Made by a program: the position numbers and the translations under genes
Shown here: positions 49,559 through 61,700 of the stretch, one piece after another
How the letters are laid out: every line of letters starts with the position of its first letter
Position numbering within the stretch: the first letter of the stretch is position 1
Source of the DNA: Yuukianura sp. NJ FZ-2021
Lineage: Eukaryota
DNA: 64,000 bases
Direction: 5' to 3'
Assembly: GCA_046563655.1 (NCBI GenBank)
Contig: CM102288.1
Coordinates: forward strand, 5,084,001-5,148,000
Notes under the pieces: generated by a model
What the model saw: the letters and a program-made list of their open reading frames with translations, nothing else
Database searches by the model: none
Told to the model about the DNA's origin: nothing

Positions 49559-51094
49559 TTAAACTTTCGTTGGAATAGATTGTGGATTGAAGAAGAAGTT
49601 GTCTGGGTCGTACTTTCGCTTGACTTCAACAAGCCGTGGCAGATTTGTTCCAAAATAGCGTTCGAGTGGTTCCTCTAGGTCCAAGTCGACATAATTTTGA
49701 TAAGATTCCTTGTGATCAAAAATTTCCTTCCCAGTATCAAAGAATTTCTTCAAATATTGAGCAATTTGATCATGGATAGTTGAATTTTGAAAATCTTGAT
49801 CGTGGTAGTTAGCAATAATGTTGTAAAGCGTTCCATTTCTGTGAACAAATGCTGTCGCATTTTTTGGAATTTCGGCAACTGCTCCACCGTAACCTTCAAA
49901 GTAAATCAGCATATTCGTAGGCATACCGTCGACAAGTTTTTGAAACTCGCGAATTTCCGCTGCTCCGAGTTTCTTATTCACGTAAAACGATTTTCTTTGC
50001 TGAAAAATTTTGCCAGGAGATTTTCTGTCTAGTTTTGCCAAATCCGAGGCCGTTTCAAGTTTAACTCCTTCAGATAAAATTTCTCCTGAAAATTCCTTCC
50101 CATTTCGAAACAGAAAATCTTCGTAAGTCAAAAACTGTTTTGTTAAATTTCCGTTTTGTGGAAACTCGCTCAAGATTTTTTCAAAATTTGTGCTTTCACC
50201 AGTCCAGTCCATGAATTGCACAAAAACTTCTTCTCCCATTATGTCGAGCTCCATGGACAAGTCATCTGGTGCTGCCTGGACAACGTGTTGCCATTCACAG
50301 AACACTTCTGGAAATGAAGTACGTTCAAACGACAAAGTTCCCATGAACATCGTTTTTGGCGCGGGGTAAACTTTGAATTTGAATTTCGTGACAATTCCAA
50401 AATTTGATGCAACTCCACCACGCAAAGCCCAAAACAAGTCAGCATTTTGGTTTTCGTTGACCGTCAGAAGTTGACCTTGCGCAGTGACGATGTTGACCTC
50501 CACGATATTGTCCAGCGCTAGACCAAATTTTCTGACAAAAAAGCCCTCCCCACCGCCAGTAGCCATTCCAGAGATTCCAATCGTTGGACAAATCGCGAGC
50601 GGTGTGAAAACTTGTCCAAGTTGAAACAGTTTCCATGCCAACGGACCAGTTAACATTCCCGCACCAACGGTAGCAATCATCTTCTTTTTGTCAATATCCA
50701 CCCATTCAAAATTTCTTACGTCGACAATCACGGAATGCGAATTTCCAAATCCAAATTTTCCGAGCGAATGTCCGCCACCTTTCGGCACAAGTCGGATTTT
50801 GTATTGCTGAGCACATTTTACTGTACTGACAATGTCTTGTTCAGTGTCAGCCACAACGTATGCTAAAGGACTTAGGTTTTCTCCGTTTGCTTGCCATTGG
50901 TAGTTCAGATCTTGGTAAATCGCTGAATCGCATCGGCGCACAATGCTGTCCGACTTCACTCCCAACTTTTTCAAACACTTTTCAAAAAAGTCGTAATCGC
51001 ATTCACCCAAACTCTCAGTTTTAGAAATTTCTTGTTCACCAGTAGCCAGCATTAGCAAGGCGAAATGTATCAAAAGTGACTTCAGTTTAGTCAT
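49559..51094 (-). CDS. Secreted FAD-linked oxidoreductase, berberine-bridge-enzyme-like (intronless, 511 aa)
   Basis: Signal peptide; KGGGHS, VGAG, CPTIGISGMATGGGEG, GLALDNI, DLFWALRGG..NFGIVT, C-terminal YQNY.D..YFG.NL.RL..VK.KYDP.NFF..PQSIP (BBE domain). Confidence 0.93.
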   Translation of the reverse strand: MTKLKSLLIHFALLMLATGEQEISKTESLGECDYDFFEKCLKKLGVKSDSIVRRCDSAIYQDLNYQWQANGENLSPLAYVVADTEQDIVSTVKCAQQYKIRLVPKGGGHSLGKFGFGNSHSVIVDVRNFEWVDIDKKKMIATVGAGMLTGPLAWKLFQLGQVFTPLAICPTIGISGMATGGGEGFFVRKFGLALDNIVEVNIVTAQGQLLTVNENQNADLFWALRGGVASNFGIVTKFKFKVYPAPKTMFMGTLSFERTSFPEVFCEWQHVVQAAPDDLSMELDIMGEEVFVQFMDWTGESTNFEKILSEFPQNGNLTKQFLTYEDFLFRNGKEFSGEILSEGVKLETASDLAKLDRKSPGKIFQQRKSFYVNKKLGAAEIREFQKLVDGMPTNMLIYFEGYGGAVAEIPKNATAFVHRNGTLYNIIANYHDQDFQNSTIHDQIAQYLKKFFDTGKEIFDHKESYQNYVDLDLEEPLERYFGTNLPRLVEVKRKYDPDNFFFNPQSIPTKV

Positions 51095-51890
51095 GTTGAC
51101 GGTAAGCTGGGTTTTTAAGAAATTTCTTTTGCGCGGCGAAAGTGGAGCACTTCCTTATGTACCTGACTTGACTTTTTAGTTACATGCTAAATATAAAGTA
51201 CCAGTTGACTAATTGGGCCAGCAAATTAAAAGCACATTTGATAAAGCACTTTTGACAGCTTTAATATGTAGTAAGTCATGAGCATTTGAACTAATTACTG
51301 CAGTAATTAACTTTTGGCACAGGGTATTTTCCGGGTAAGTATGCAAAGTATTCAGGATAACTGTAATAAAACTTTTCTTAATTAACATTAACATTAATGC
51401 TTACAACAAATTGCTCTAGAAATCAATTACTGGTAAATGGGAGTGGCCTAATTTCCAGCAAACGCAACAAATTTCCTTGTACTTAAACTACAAAAACCAT
51501 ATGTACTTTAAATGATTGTTTTATTAAACGTTGTAACTATGGACATTATACATCTTATGAACTCTCGTAGACTTTGAACGCTCAACTATTTTATATTTCT
51601 GAATTCTATTCCAAGTGTCTTGTTAGAGAGTTAACTACAAATATGTTGCTAGTAACTACATGCTGATATTTTTAGTTCACTTTTTTCCCTCTTCAACTAT
51701 TGTTTTTTAAGTGTAGTAACACTAACACTCAGAACAGGTCTAACTAAAACGTTCTAAAAACTCCTTCTAAAAAACCTATCGTTTAACGTTAGTAGAAACA
51801 TGTTTTTGAAATAAGGGAGTGTAACACGCCGGAGTAATACAATATGCCTGCTATTTTTTGTGCAAATTGTTTTTCTTTCGTTACAAAAAT

Positions 51891-53982
51891 TTACTGTAGC
51901 CCTGTTGCATACAGAATTTCTGTCACAGCGGCATCCGTCATGGGAATGTTAGCGTCGCCCCACCCCCATGGTGATGCTCCTTCCTCCTGACCGTCGTGGT
52001 CATGACTCTGGTGGGACCCATCACCCGTTCGTTCCACCCGAGCTAAGACGACGTCCATCGGCACCGTCTTGAGGTCGTAGGCCCACCCTATCCACGCAAA
52101 AAAGTCCAGGAACGCTGCTGTCAAGTTTGTCCGATAGCGTCCGACTTCGTCCGTTTTGTAGTCCCAGGGGAACGTATGATGGTAGTTGTGCCATCCTTCT
52201 CCAAAGGCCAACATAGCAACGAACAAGTTCTCTGCTGGGCTAATATGCCTGAAAAATAGGTCAAGCATGGTCATGGTTAAAATGAGCGGTCAGTTCGACA
52301 CAAACCTTGGTTAAGCTAAACCTAAGCTGCTGTATTGTCGCCACGTATTGTTGCCGCCAGTGTGTATTTCCGTGCGCTTTACGGAAGAACTTTGTCGCCA
52401 GACCGGTAACGACAAATTAGGAGCGTACGGATAAAGAAGCATTAGACTAGTGGTTAGGTAAGTACCAAAAAAATGCTAAAACTTGGAAAACAGAGCGTTC
52501 AAGCCAAGAAGAAGCCAAAATTCGGCTACTGCTATTCGCGCTAAAAGAAGAGTTAAGCAAACCAAATTCGAATGCTCACCAAAATGCAAAAGCTATATTG
52601 TCCTCACTTGTCATAGGGTCGTGACCCCCAATGATGAGCAGCACTGTTGACTAGCCATGTTCCATGAAGGTTCAAGCAGTATCTAAGGAGGGTCGCGAAG
52701 AATATGGCTCCCACCGCAGACTCGTTCCAGAAATACATTGGTGCAATAGTGGGAATGATGAAGCCACAGGTAACCGCTAGCAACACGTAGTACCTAACGT
52801 AAAAAAAACTTTAATGTCAAGAACTTAATATATAAATGGTCGTTAGGTTTGTTGTTTGAGTTAACCAATGTTATACAAATGTAAGTAAACAGGTTAGATA
52901 GTAAGATAGATAGAACCTAACCTTTTAGCCTAACTTACTTTTTCTGAAACATGACGACGGGATCTGCTTCCAGGTCACTGAGGTCAATTCCACGTCCTTT
53001 TTCAATCACTGCTGGATGTTTTCTCACAAGCAGCCACCCCATATGTGCGAAGAAAAATCCGCGTTTGGCATTATGTGGATCAGCATTTGTTTCAGAGTAC
53101 TTGTGATGTACTCGGTGATCTCGACTCCATTCATGAATACTGTTTTGGACTGCAAAAGTTTGCATCGTCGCCAGAAGGATGCGCATTGGTAAGTTGGCCT
53201 TGTACGATATGTGTGACCAGAGTCGGTGGCAACCCGCCGTGATTCCGAAGCCACCAAATAAAAGAGCTACAGCAGCTATAGAATACATTAACATATTAGT
53301 CATCGTTGGTCACATCAACATCAGCTTGTTAAACAGGCTGGTTGCTAACTCTGTGTCTGCGCATTTTTCACATTCTATACTCCAGTTCTGGAAATAATAT
53401 TGTTCAAGTAAGCCTCAGTTACAAAAAATTGTTTCCCTATTTTTTGTCTACTCTTAGTTAAGCGGAACAGAAAATAATTATTCCATTTTTAATTGAATTT
53501 TATTTCTTCTTATTGCAATTAACGTTACTGAAGCTAGGGCGAATAGTACTGTTTTTCATGCTTAACCGTTTTTATCGAGCAAAATTGAAAACAACCTTGC
53601 AACAAACACCTTTTCAGTTTAGCCCATCATCAACTTTTACAACTTTAGAAAAAATGCACTATCGTAGGAAAGCATTTACTTTTTAAATTATTTTTTGCAA
53701 GCATGTCCTTTACTCACCAAAAATCCAGGTTTGCCATTTGATTTGTCCAGAGAAAGCCAAGTATAGGCCAAATGCTGCTCCCAAGTGAAGGTATAGAAAC
53801 AAAACTACATTTCTCCATACAATTTTCATGGGAAATGTTTGCTCAATCAGAGGCACGGGGTTTTTCGTAGGAGTCGAACTCGTGACGCCGTTTACTGTGT
53901 CCGATACCATGACCTTTGACTTCCTAGAGACTAGGAGCGCTTCTTGCCCCGGTTCCTGGCACGTCGTTGTTTTTTCCGTCAT
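51891..53982 (-). CDS. Acyl-CoA delta-9/delta-11-type desaturase (4 exons)
   Basis: IVWRNV, His boxes HRLWSH, DHRVHHK, HNYHH; TWLVNSAAH; DPHNAKRGFFFAHMGWLL. Confidence 0.95.
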
Positions 53983-55214
53983 TTGGAGTGTCGTAAACCT
54001 GAGTTTAGCCTACGAAACTTGAAGCTGGGTTATGTTTACCTCTATTACCCTGACGTCGGATTACTGAGACTGACAACTGGAAAGTCAGCGGCTAGTTGCT
54101 GCTGGAGACGATCGTAATAAGGCTGAGTCAACAGTTTGATATCAGATCTAACTAATTGCCTGACCTTACCTAACCTTAACTTAAGTAAGTATCAGTAAGT
54201 CTACCTATGCAAGTTATGGACATGACGTTGGCCGAATAAAATATTTATGTGGGAAGTTCTTTGAAAATAGTCACACTGTAGTGAAATACAATCAATCTCC
54301 TTTTAACTACAAAGAATTCCCATTCCAAGTAATTTCGATCGTTTGTTTTTGTCAAACTGTGTTTGCGCATATATTAACGTACAAACTTATTGTTAGAAAC
54401 TCCAAAATTAGATTATTCTAACTGACAATTCCAGGTATTAACCTCACTGAATGAGTTCATTGTCTCTAACAATCACATAACTACAATACAACGCCAGTAG
54501 GTAAAATTTTAGCCGCATCACAATAAGTCAAAGCAAAGCATTGGGTGGGTAATGCCCCCCTCACCTAGACGCTTTTGTTTTTGCAATTTTGTGCAATTTT
54601 TTATATTTTAGTTTTTGGTTCTGGCTCATTTTGGATTTAACATTTAACATTTAATTTACTTTGTAATTTAATTTTTAATTGCACTTTTGTGTAACTTATT
54701 TGTAACGAATTAAATAAAAATAAAACTTATTTTGTAATTAATTAAATAAAACTTAATCAAATAAAAACTAATCATGCCATGTTTTTGGCTTGTAATTGTT
54801 CATAAGTTGTTCCAGTGACGATATAACATTGAACTCCTAATTAATATAAGTAAAATGATAATCGTGAAATATCTAAATTTTGTTTAGAACAGTACCATTT
54901 TCAAAATGGCTGCGAATAGGCTTATCGCGTTTTCGATTTCGGCGATAGATGCAATTTTATTCTGGCGAACTCAATCTTGGCGCCATCTTGCCTCGGCAAT
55001 ATTTTTCGGTTCAAAACATAAGTTAAAGTTAAGATATATAAAATACCTATAAGAAAAAAGACATATTGTTAGGGTATTATGATATTCAATTTACACATGT
55101 ATGCATCACCTGTAGAGGAATTTTCGTAGTCGTAACCCGTTGTAGTGTTTACACTAAACCCTCTCTTCCGTCCAAGCGCTCTGATTGGTGGATTTGAGTG
55201 AGAGTTTCGGCGCG

Positions 55215-57788
55215 TTACCGTAAAATTTCAAATTCCGAGCTCAAAGGGTTGGTAGAGGCATTACGCTTTGTTTGTTTTCTGCTCTCCCTCCAAAACAGTT
55301 TTCTCCAAAATTCTAATCTCTCCGGTAAGTGAGAAAGTGAAACTAGGATGAACTTGAATTGACGAAAGAGAGGTTTTAGTGTAGCAATGTTAAGCAAACC
55401 GCGTAAAATGTTAGGTCGCTTGTGAATAAAGTCTAAAATATCGGTGGCAAGTAAGCGATAATCTGCTGTACAGCATAATTCCAAGAGATAGAAAACAAAC
55501 GAACATACTAGTCCTACAACGCAGAAGTAGGTGCAGGATAAAATGTTTGTGCCCATGGTTATTTTTTTCGGAATTCTGTTAAGAATTTTTAGCCTACTTG
55601 CATAAGATGTGTGGTCATTATAGTATTCCATACACCAAAACATCCAAAACAAACTTATTCCATTCTCAAGTATGGATTGCAGTTGTCGCTCAAGTCTCCA
55701 TTGGACAAGCCGAAAAAGGGGATAAGGAAGTTGAAACATAAAACCAGCAGGTAATGATATTGGGGTTTCTCCTATAGTAAAGCCAGGCGGAAACGAAGAA
55801 ACGTTGATACGTTTAGATTTCTTGAAGAGTACTTGAGATACCGACTTTTGAACAAGGTGTTTGCGCTCCACAATTGCAAACTTACTACATTTGAGAAACC
55901 CTGCAAGCATATGTCTCCGTCGGACTTTGTTATGGTAACTGTAGAAGGCGAGGTTGCCCTTTTTGGCAGAAACAGCAGCCACTAACCAATAATCTTGAGC
56001 ATTTTCAACTATGTATTGGCGACAAAACTCATACGTTACCTCGACTTTGCTAAGGTACTTGAGTCTCAAATACTTTAATTGGGATTTGATCCTAGGCGTT
56101 AAAGATGAACATGGGTGGCTACGTGAATGGGATTCCCCATGATGCACAGTTGGTGTGATACCTAACTCAACGCAATCGCAGTAGACTGGGTTTATGAACG
56201 TATAGGTTTGATTCAACTTTGTTCTGTGGTAATTCATTAAACTTAATGCACTATCTCCTGTAATTAAAAACCCGTCCAGGTCCTCAATGTTGGCCCAAGT
56301 GTGGTATACCTTGGGTGGGCCAGAAACCTGGACTGTTACAAGGCTTTTGTACGCAGTTACCAGAACCACAACCATGAGTAGCCAACCACCAAAAACAATT
56401 CGATGGTATATTTCTATTTTGAACTTTGTCAGGATTCCTTGTCGTATGGCGAAACTGACTTCTAAGAGGCCAAGCACTGTAGATTCCAAGTACATAGCCA
56501 ACAATACTACTGATTCCTTCCACGGCTGCTGCTGCTTGAGCGAAATAAGTGTCATGGTTGCAGGACCGAGCAAAGCCACAACTACGGTAATCCCAATCCA
56601 ACTTGTAAAGTCATATGGCTGAAAGTAAATTTCCAGAGACATGGCTGACTTGACTCCATCGCAAGTTGTGAATGTTATATCGGTCATGTGGGTTAAGCGG
56701 AGCCTTCTTGAAAACTGATACGAGTTTTCCACAAACAAAACGTTTGGATGCATGTAGACCCCGAAAATCTCTTGAACGATTGGAATTGTTAGTTGATGTA
56801 GAGGTACCCTGAACTGGTGATAGTTCTGTGGTAGCTCGGGCACCTCATCAACCACGGCGATTGTGTAACAGGACGGCAGCGCAGTCAGTAGCTGAAGAGC
56901 AAACACTATTTCAACATCAGTTATACGACGTTGAAATGAGTCAACTGAACGCCGTAGGTTTTGTAGGGTTGAACGTACTGTACTTGGCGAACCAACGAAT
57001 TTGGTGATAAATTCATCAGTAATGTTGACATCTGTTGAGCGACAAATACCGCCATCTTCTATGCCCAGTCGAACATATTTCCCGGTTTTCCTGAGTTTGT
57101 AGACCGTAAAGCGCAGCAAGTTGTTGTTGGCTGGTAGGCATATGTCGTCTGACCTACCGCTGTAGTTTAGTCGACACACTAGAGGCACTCGGTACATGTC
57201 GTCTCTTCTGTGGAATAGTACACCTATGAGATCAATTTCAACGGCAAAAAAGTAGCGACGCTGCCACTCAAGAGATGGCGCAAAGTACTCCTCAAGCCAA
57301 ACGACGGTAATCGGTATCTCTGGGTTTCTCACGACCTCAGATTTTGGGTACTCTGCTTTCCGATCGTGGAATAGTACAAAGGAAACTGCTGCACCCGGGA
57401 AAAACAAAAATTTGTCCTTGTCAAGTTGCTTGGTACCAAGGAGATTCCACCAGTTCATTATATAGTGTATAAAAAAATATATGACACAAAAGTGCGACTT
57501 GGAATTTTGAATATCCAAATACATTTCTTGATTCCAATTGGACAGCGTTCCTTTGGAGAAAAAATTGTCGAGGTTTCTTGGATTCGACCCTACGTCCCCA
57601 ATAATCAGAGGAATCGACGGCGTGACTAGGCCAACCGTATTGCTGTCGAGAAATAAGTGCACCCTGCAGTCGTTGTAATAGTTCAAGAAATAGTTCAAGC
57701 CTGTAACCATTTTTTCCCTATGATCTGCAAATGATACGGACAAAAAGAGAAGCGAGGTAAATATGAATATGTTGAAATCCATCCCCAT
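55215..57788 (-). CDS. Divergent ionotropic receptor (IR/iGluR-like), single exon, 857 aa
   Basis: Signal peptide; FTTC..YFQPYD..SWI (pre-M1/M1), RIVFGGWLLMVVVLVTAYKSLVT (M3, SYTANL equivalent), ILENGI..FW and final TM (M4). Confidence 0.75.
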   Translation of the reverse strand: MGMDFNIFIFTSLLFLSVSFADHREKMVTGLNYFLNYYNDCRVHLFLDSNTVGLVTPSIPLIIGDVGSNPRNLDNFFSKGTLSNWNQEMYLDIQNSKSHFCVIYFFIHYIMNWWNLLGTKQLDKDKFLFFPGAAVSFVLFHDRKAEYPKSEVVRNPEIPITVVWLEEYFAPSLEWQRRYFFAVEIDLIGVLFHRRDDMYRVPLVCRLNYSGRSDDICLPANNNLLRFTVYKLRKTGKYVRLGIEDGGICRSTDVNITDEFITKFVGSPSTVRSTLQNLRRSVDSFQRRITDVEIVFALQLLTALPSCYTIAVVDEVPELPQNYHQFRVPLHQLTIPIVQEIFGVYMHPNVLFVENSYQFSRRLRLTHMTDITFTTCDGVKSAMSLEIYFQPYDFTSWIGITVVVALLGPATMTLISLKQQQPWKESVVLLAMYLESTVLGLLEVSFAIRQGILTKFKIEIYHRIVFGGWLLMVVVLVTAYKSLVTVQVSGPPKVYHTWANIEDLDGFLITGDSALSLMNYHRTKLNQTYTFINPVYCDCVELGITPTVHHGESHSRSHPCSSLTPRIKSQLKYLRLKYLSKVEVTYEFCRQYIVENAQDYWLVAAVSAKKGNLAFYSYHNKVRRRHMLAGFLKCSKFAIVERKHLVQKSVSQVLFKKSKRINVSSFPPGFTIGETPISLPAGFMFQLPYPLFRLVQWRLERQLQSILENGISLFWMFWCMEYYNDHTSYASRLKILNRIPKKITMGTNILSCTYFCVVGLVCSFVFYLLELCCTADYRLLATDILDFIHKRPNILRGLLNIATLKPLFRQFKFILVSLSHLPERLEFWRKLFWRESRKQTKRNASTNPLSSEFEILR

Positions 57789-58755
57789 TTTTGAATAAAG
57801 ATTTCAGGAGTCAACTGATTGCTTCTTTGGCTCAACTATTGGCGTTTCAAACTGGCACAAAAATGTAATGCCGTGTAAACTGTTTTAGGTGTGGGCTAAA
57901 GAAGAGCATGACTAAAAACACGAAAATTGGTTTGAGTTTCATGTCAGTAAGGTTGAATATATTAATGAATTTGCACAAACATAATTCTTTCCTGTGGCTG
58001 TATAATATTGATAGAGTGTCCACGTGTCTACTTCAATTTGAGTATCCTAATTAAAAATGAAGCTTAAAAGTTCATAGTAGATTTGAAAAACTATTAATTC
58101 ACATCATGGCACGACTGTGGAAAATGAGGCGTAAAAGATGGTGGTCAGCAGGGGTTTAAGTTATGCCAACGTGGCTTTTCAAATTTTGAAATCAGTTAAA
58201 AGATAGGGCTACAATAATGGTCCAATTCCAATTGGAATTGTTGTAGGTTTTATTGTAATTCTTGATATGTTACAATTCATGGAATCAATTTCCAACCTAT
58301 TCCAGAAACAATCTGCTAACTATTGTAGGTAAAATTTACTGAAGATTTTCCTTTCAATTGTAACAATTCAAAACGTATTAAAAAATTAGCACCTTCCTGC
58401 ACTCTCTAAATGACACTTTCTACGCGGAGAAACAGTAACACTGCTTACGCAATTGACAACCGACTCCTCCTTCATGGACATCGTCATACTAGAATAGTTG
58501 TACAAATTGTGCCAAACTTTCCTTTTTTTTCTTATTTTTATCGAAAAACGACTTTGAAAAATTGTCTCTACGAGAGTTGCGTCAAGGAAGAAAGCTTTTA
58601 CCATTCAGTACTTGAAACTTGAGGAATCGACAAATTACATGGGAAACAAATTGGCACGGTCACAACCCTGGTAGGACGTTGACATAAAATTTGGAAGGGG
58701 AAACGTGGCCATTGAACTTGACCTGTAGAGGAAATTTTTTGTCGTGATTGAGTTG

Positions 58756-58791
58756 TAAAGGTCAATGACCTTTAGAGGTCATTGACCTTTA
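58756..58791. promoter_or_regulatory. Perfect 16-bp-stem palindrome containing two IR-1 (EcRE-consensus) elements
   Basis: TAAAGGTCAATGACCT-TTAG-AGGTCATTGACCTTTA; each arm contains AGGTCAnTGACCT. Confidence 0.4.
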
Positions 58792-61700
58792 GAAGTGGCT
58801 GCTTGTGTTTGAGCTGTAGCCACTGTGGGAATGCAGTTGGGGATAGTTCGTGACCTTGGAAGTGGGCTGTTGGAGGTGTAGATTCAGTCTTGGTTCGTGG
58901 TACTTAAGGATACTGGATTTGACAGAATGCTGGCCGCCACTGGACAAGTCCACCACCATTTGCTTCCTACCTGGCAGCGGCGTTTGGAATGTCGACAGCA
59001 CATTTAAGGAAGTCCCTTTCCCAATTTCCTGAAAAAATACAAAAAAATTATTGAAATCTTCCACTCTTTCCAGATTTTGAACCTTCAAAAAGTCAATTTC
59101 CTTACCCTCTTGACGTCTTGAGAACTGCTGAGGGATGCTGTTTTGCTGTTGAGCGAAGGAAGGATTCCGGTGGCACTTGATGTAGTTCCCACATTTGAAT
59201 TCCATCCACCCAGTTTGGACGGAGCCACCAACCCAAACCCGGTGGGACGCGAAGCTAAATGCGTCGTGAGCATGCCCCCACTTTCCCCACTCAGCAGACT
59301 CAGGCACTTCCCGGGCTCACCAAACACACCGAAGTTGGATTTCTAAAAAAGAAAACATTAATATAATGCAAATTGTCACTTTTCATAAATATCACAATAT
59401 ATATAAATGCTGGAAGAGAATTTAAAGTTGCTGGAATTAGTTCGATTCAGGTACATTTATTTTCTGTTTAACAAAAACTCTGTAGCTGAGCATTTTAATT
59501 GCAAAAGTTAGGCAGCGTGAAACTGATGCATTGATTTCCATTTGATTTACGTCAAAAATTTTCCATGAGAATTTTTGATTTTATTTTTCGAAAACGTCAC
59601 ACATCGTTAAAAAAATCACATTTTTTTCTTACATGCTTTTCTCCGTTGACGAGCGTGGTTGTGGCATAGGCTATGGGAGAATGACGATCTTCCACTACTG
59701 CATAATTGTTTCCATTCTCGTACTCGTTCAAATCATTTGATTTCCCGCATTTAATTGAAAGTTGTTTCGTCTGTTGTGAGTCAATCCAGAGATTGTCATC
59801 TGGGTAATGAGGAGGCATCGATCCGTCAGGAATCTCGGTAGTAGAAACTGAAAAAACCAAAGTTTTTGAAATATTTTTTGAATTCCTACAGTTTACAACA
59901 TTTCAAAAACTGTTCCACTCACCTCTGAGTTTGTCCATGTCATTCCGCAGTTGACACCTTCGCATGTACAGAGCAAAGACAAAGACGAGCAGCATCAGGA
60001 AAATAACTGAGCCAATGAGAGCAATGAACCACGCTTCTGTAAGGAACTCATTTGGATTGTCACTGTGACCTTGGCGATGACCTTGACCGTGCTCTAAGTC
60101 ACGCGATGACCCTCGCTGTACATTGTACACGTCCACTTCATTTGACTCTTCGTTCGCCGCTTTTCCTTCTTCCGGGTAGTCGATTTTCCCAAAATAAATT
60201 TTGTTTTCGTTTGTCTCTGCGATTACCTTGACTTCTGGCTGACTTTTCTTTCCCGTTGGGAAACCACTTTCATTTTTACTTTCTCCTTGCTGGTGTTTGA
60301 AATGGACAGTTTTCATGGAAGAGAAAGTTCCAGAGCCTTTTGAAGTGAATGCACCAATCTGGAGACTGTATGATTGACCAGGAGTGAGGTTACCAAGGAC
60401 AATGGACGAAGTTTCAGCGTCGGTCGTTCTGTTGCCTACAAGTTGTGGTCCAGACCACACTCTGAGCTGGTAGCCCAGAATCAGCCCGTGGTGGTATCTT
60501 GGTGGTGGTGGGGCCCATCTTACAACCAATGCTGAACCGTTCACCTGAAGCGTCTCGCGGATTTCTGGTGCCACTGATGGAACTACACAAGAAAAGAATG
60601 ACATTACAGTGGATTCTCTAAATAAGGGAAAAAATCACGATTGGAGGATTGGTAGCATGCGCCTCCCCCAGTACCGTAAGATTTATAACGGTCAGTCATA
60701 TGGAATTTAAGGCTAGGAACACCATTCTAATGAAAATTTCCTGTTTCGAAGTTCAGAGTATATAATTAATATTAATATACATAATATTCATATATTAATG
60801 CTAATTATATGTGATATCTATATACTAATCAATATTATATGGTATATTATATGCAAATTACGTTGTGAATGTCACCCTTATTAAACAGGTTATATATATA
60901 TTATGCGCAGTTGCGCAGTTGCGCAGGTTGTGCGCTGTTGCGCAGGTTGTGCGCTGTTGCGCAGTTTGTGCGCAGTTGCGCAGTTTGTGCGCTGTAGCGC
61001 AGGTTGTGCGCTGTTGCGCAGGTTGTGCGCAGTTGCGCAGTTTGTGCGCTGTTGCGCAGGTTGTGCGCTGTTGCGCAGGTTGTGCGCTGTTGCGCAGTTT
61101 GTGCGCAGATATATATATATAATATATATATTAATATTAGTTAATTTTATTTAATTATCTAATTACTTTTGTTTCGCACCAAAAAAAAATTAACCAAAAA
61201 AAAAACAATCGTAAAAAATAAGCCGATAAACTGAAACATACGTTCCCCCCAAAATTAAAACTTTACGGTACCGCGACTTCGAGTGAAAGTGAGAAAGAGG
61301 AGGAGCTCCTGTCCCTTATTTAGAGAATCCACTGTACTTCTTTTCAATAGATCTACAGTGGACTTTCTAATTTATGAATTGAGCAACATACAAAACCAAC
61401 GGCAATTGCACAAACGGGAGCTAGATAATTGCAAAATCCACCAAATTTGAGAATGGGTAGATTTAAATGAGAACTTTGCAATGGCAATAAGACTTCAGAG
61501 TAAGGAAATTGTCTAACCCCCGTTTGTGCAATTGCCATTTGTTTTGTATTTTGCCCAATTCATAAGTTAGAAAGTCTACTGTAGTTTAATTGAATCACTC
61601 ACCGTCCTGTGCAGTAGTGACGTTGAGGTAGTTTGACGGCCGTCCATCCACGTTTTTGTAGAAGGGGATTAGGAATATTTGATACGGTTTGTGCTTGTCT

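Noticed and set aside
58386..58622. ORFs as an additional robo coding exon
   Set aside because: The only open frame of the preceding exon terminates at 58789-58791; this is probably 3' UTR.
60865..61154. Cys/Ala/Arg-rich ORFs and a CRISPR-like periodic pattern
   Set aside because: Translation of a minisatellite inside an intronic MITE; no unique spacers, no cas genes, eukaryotic context.
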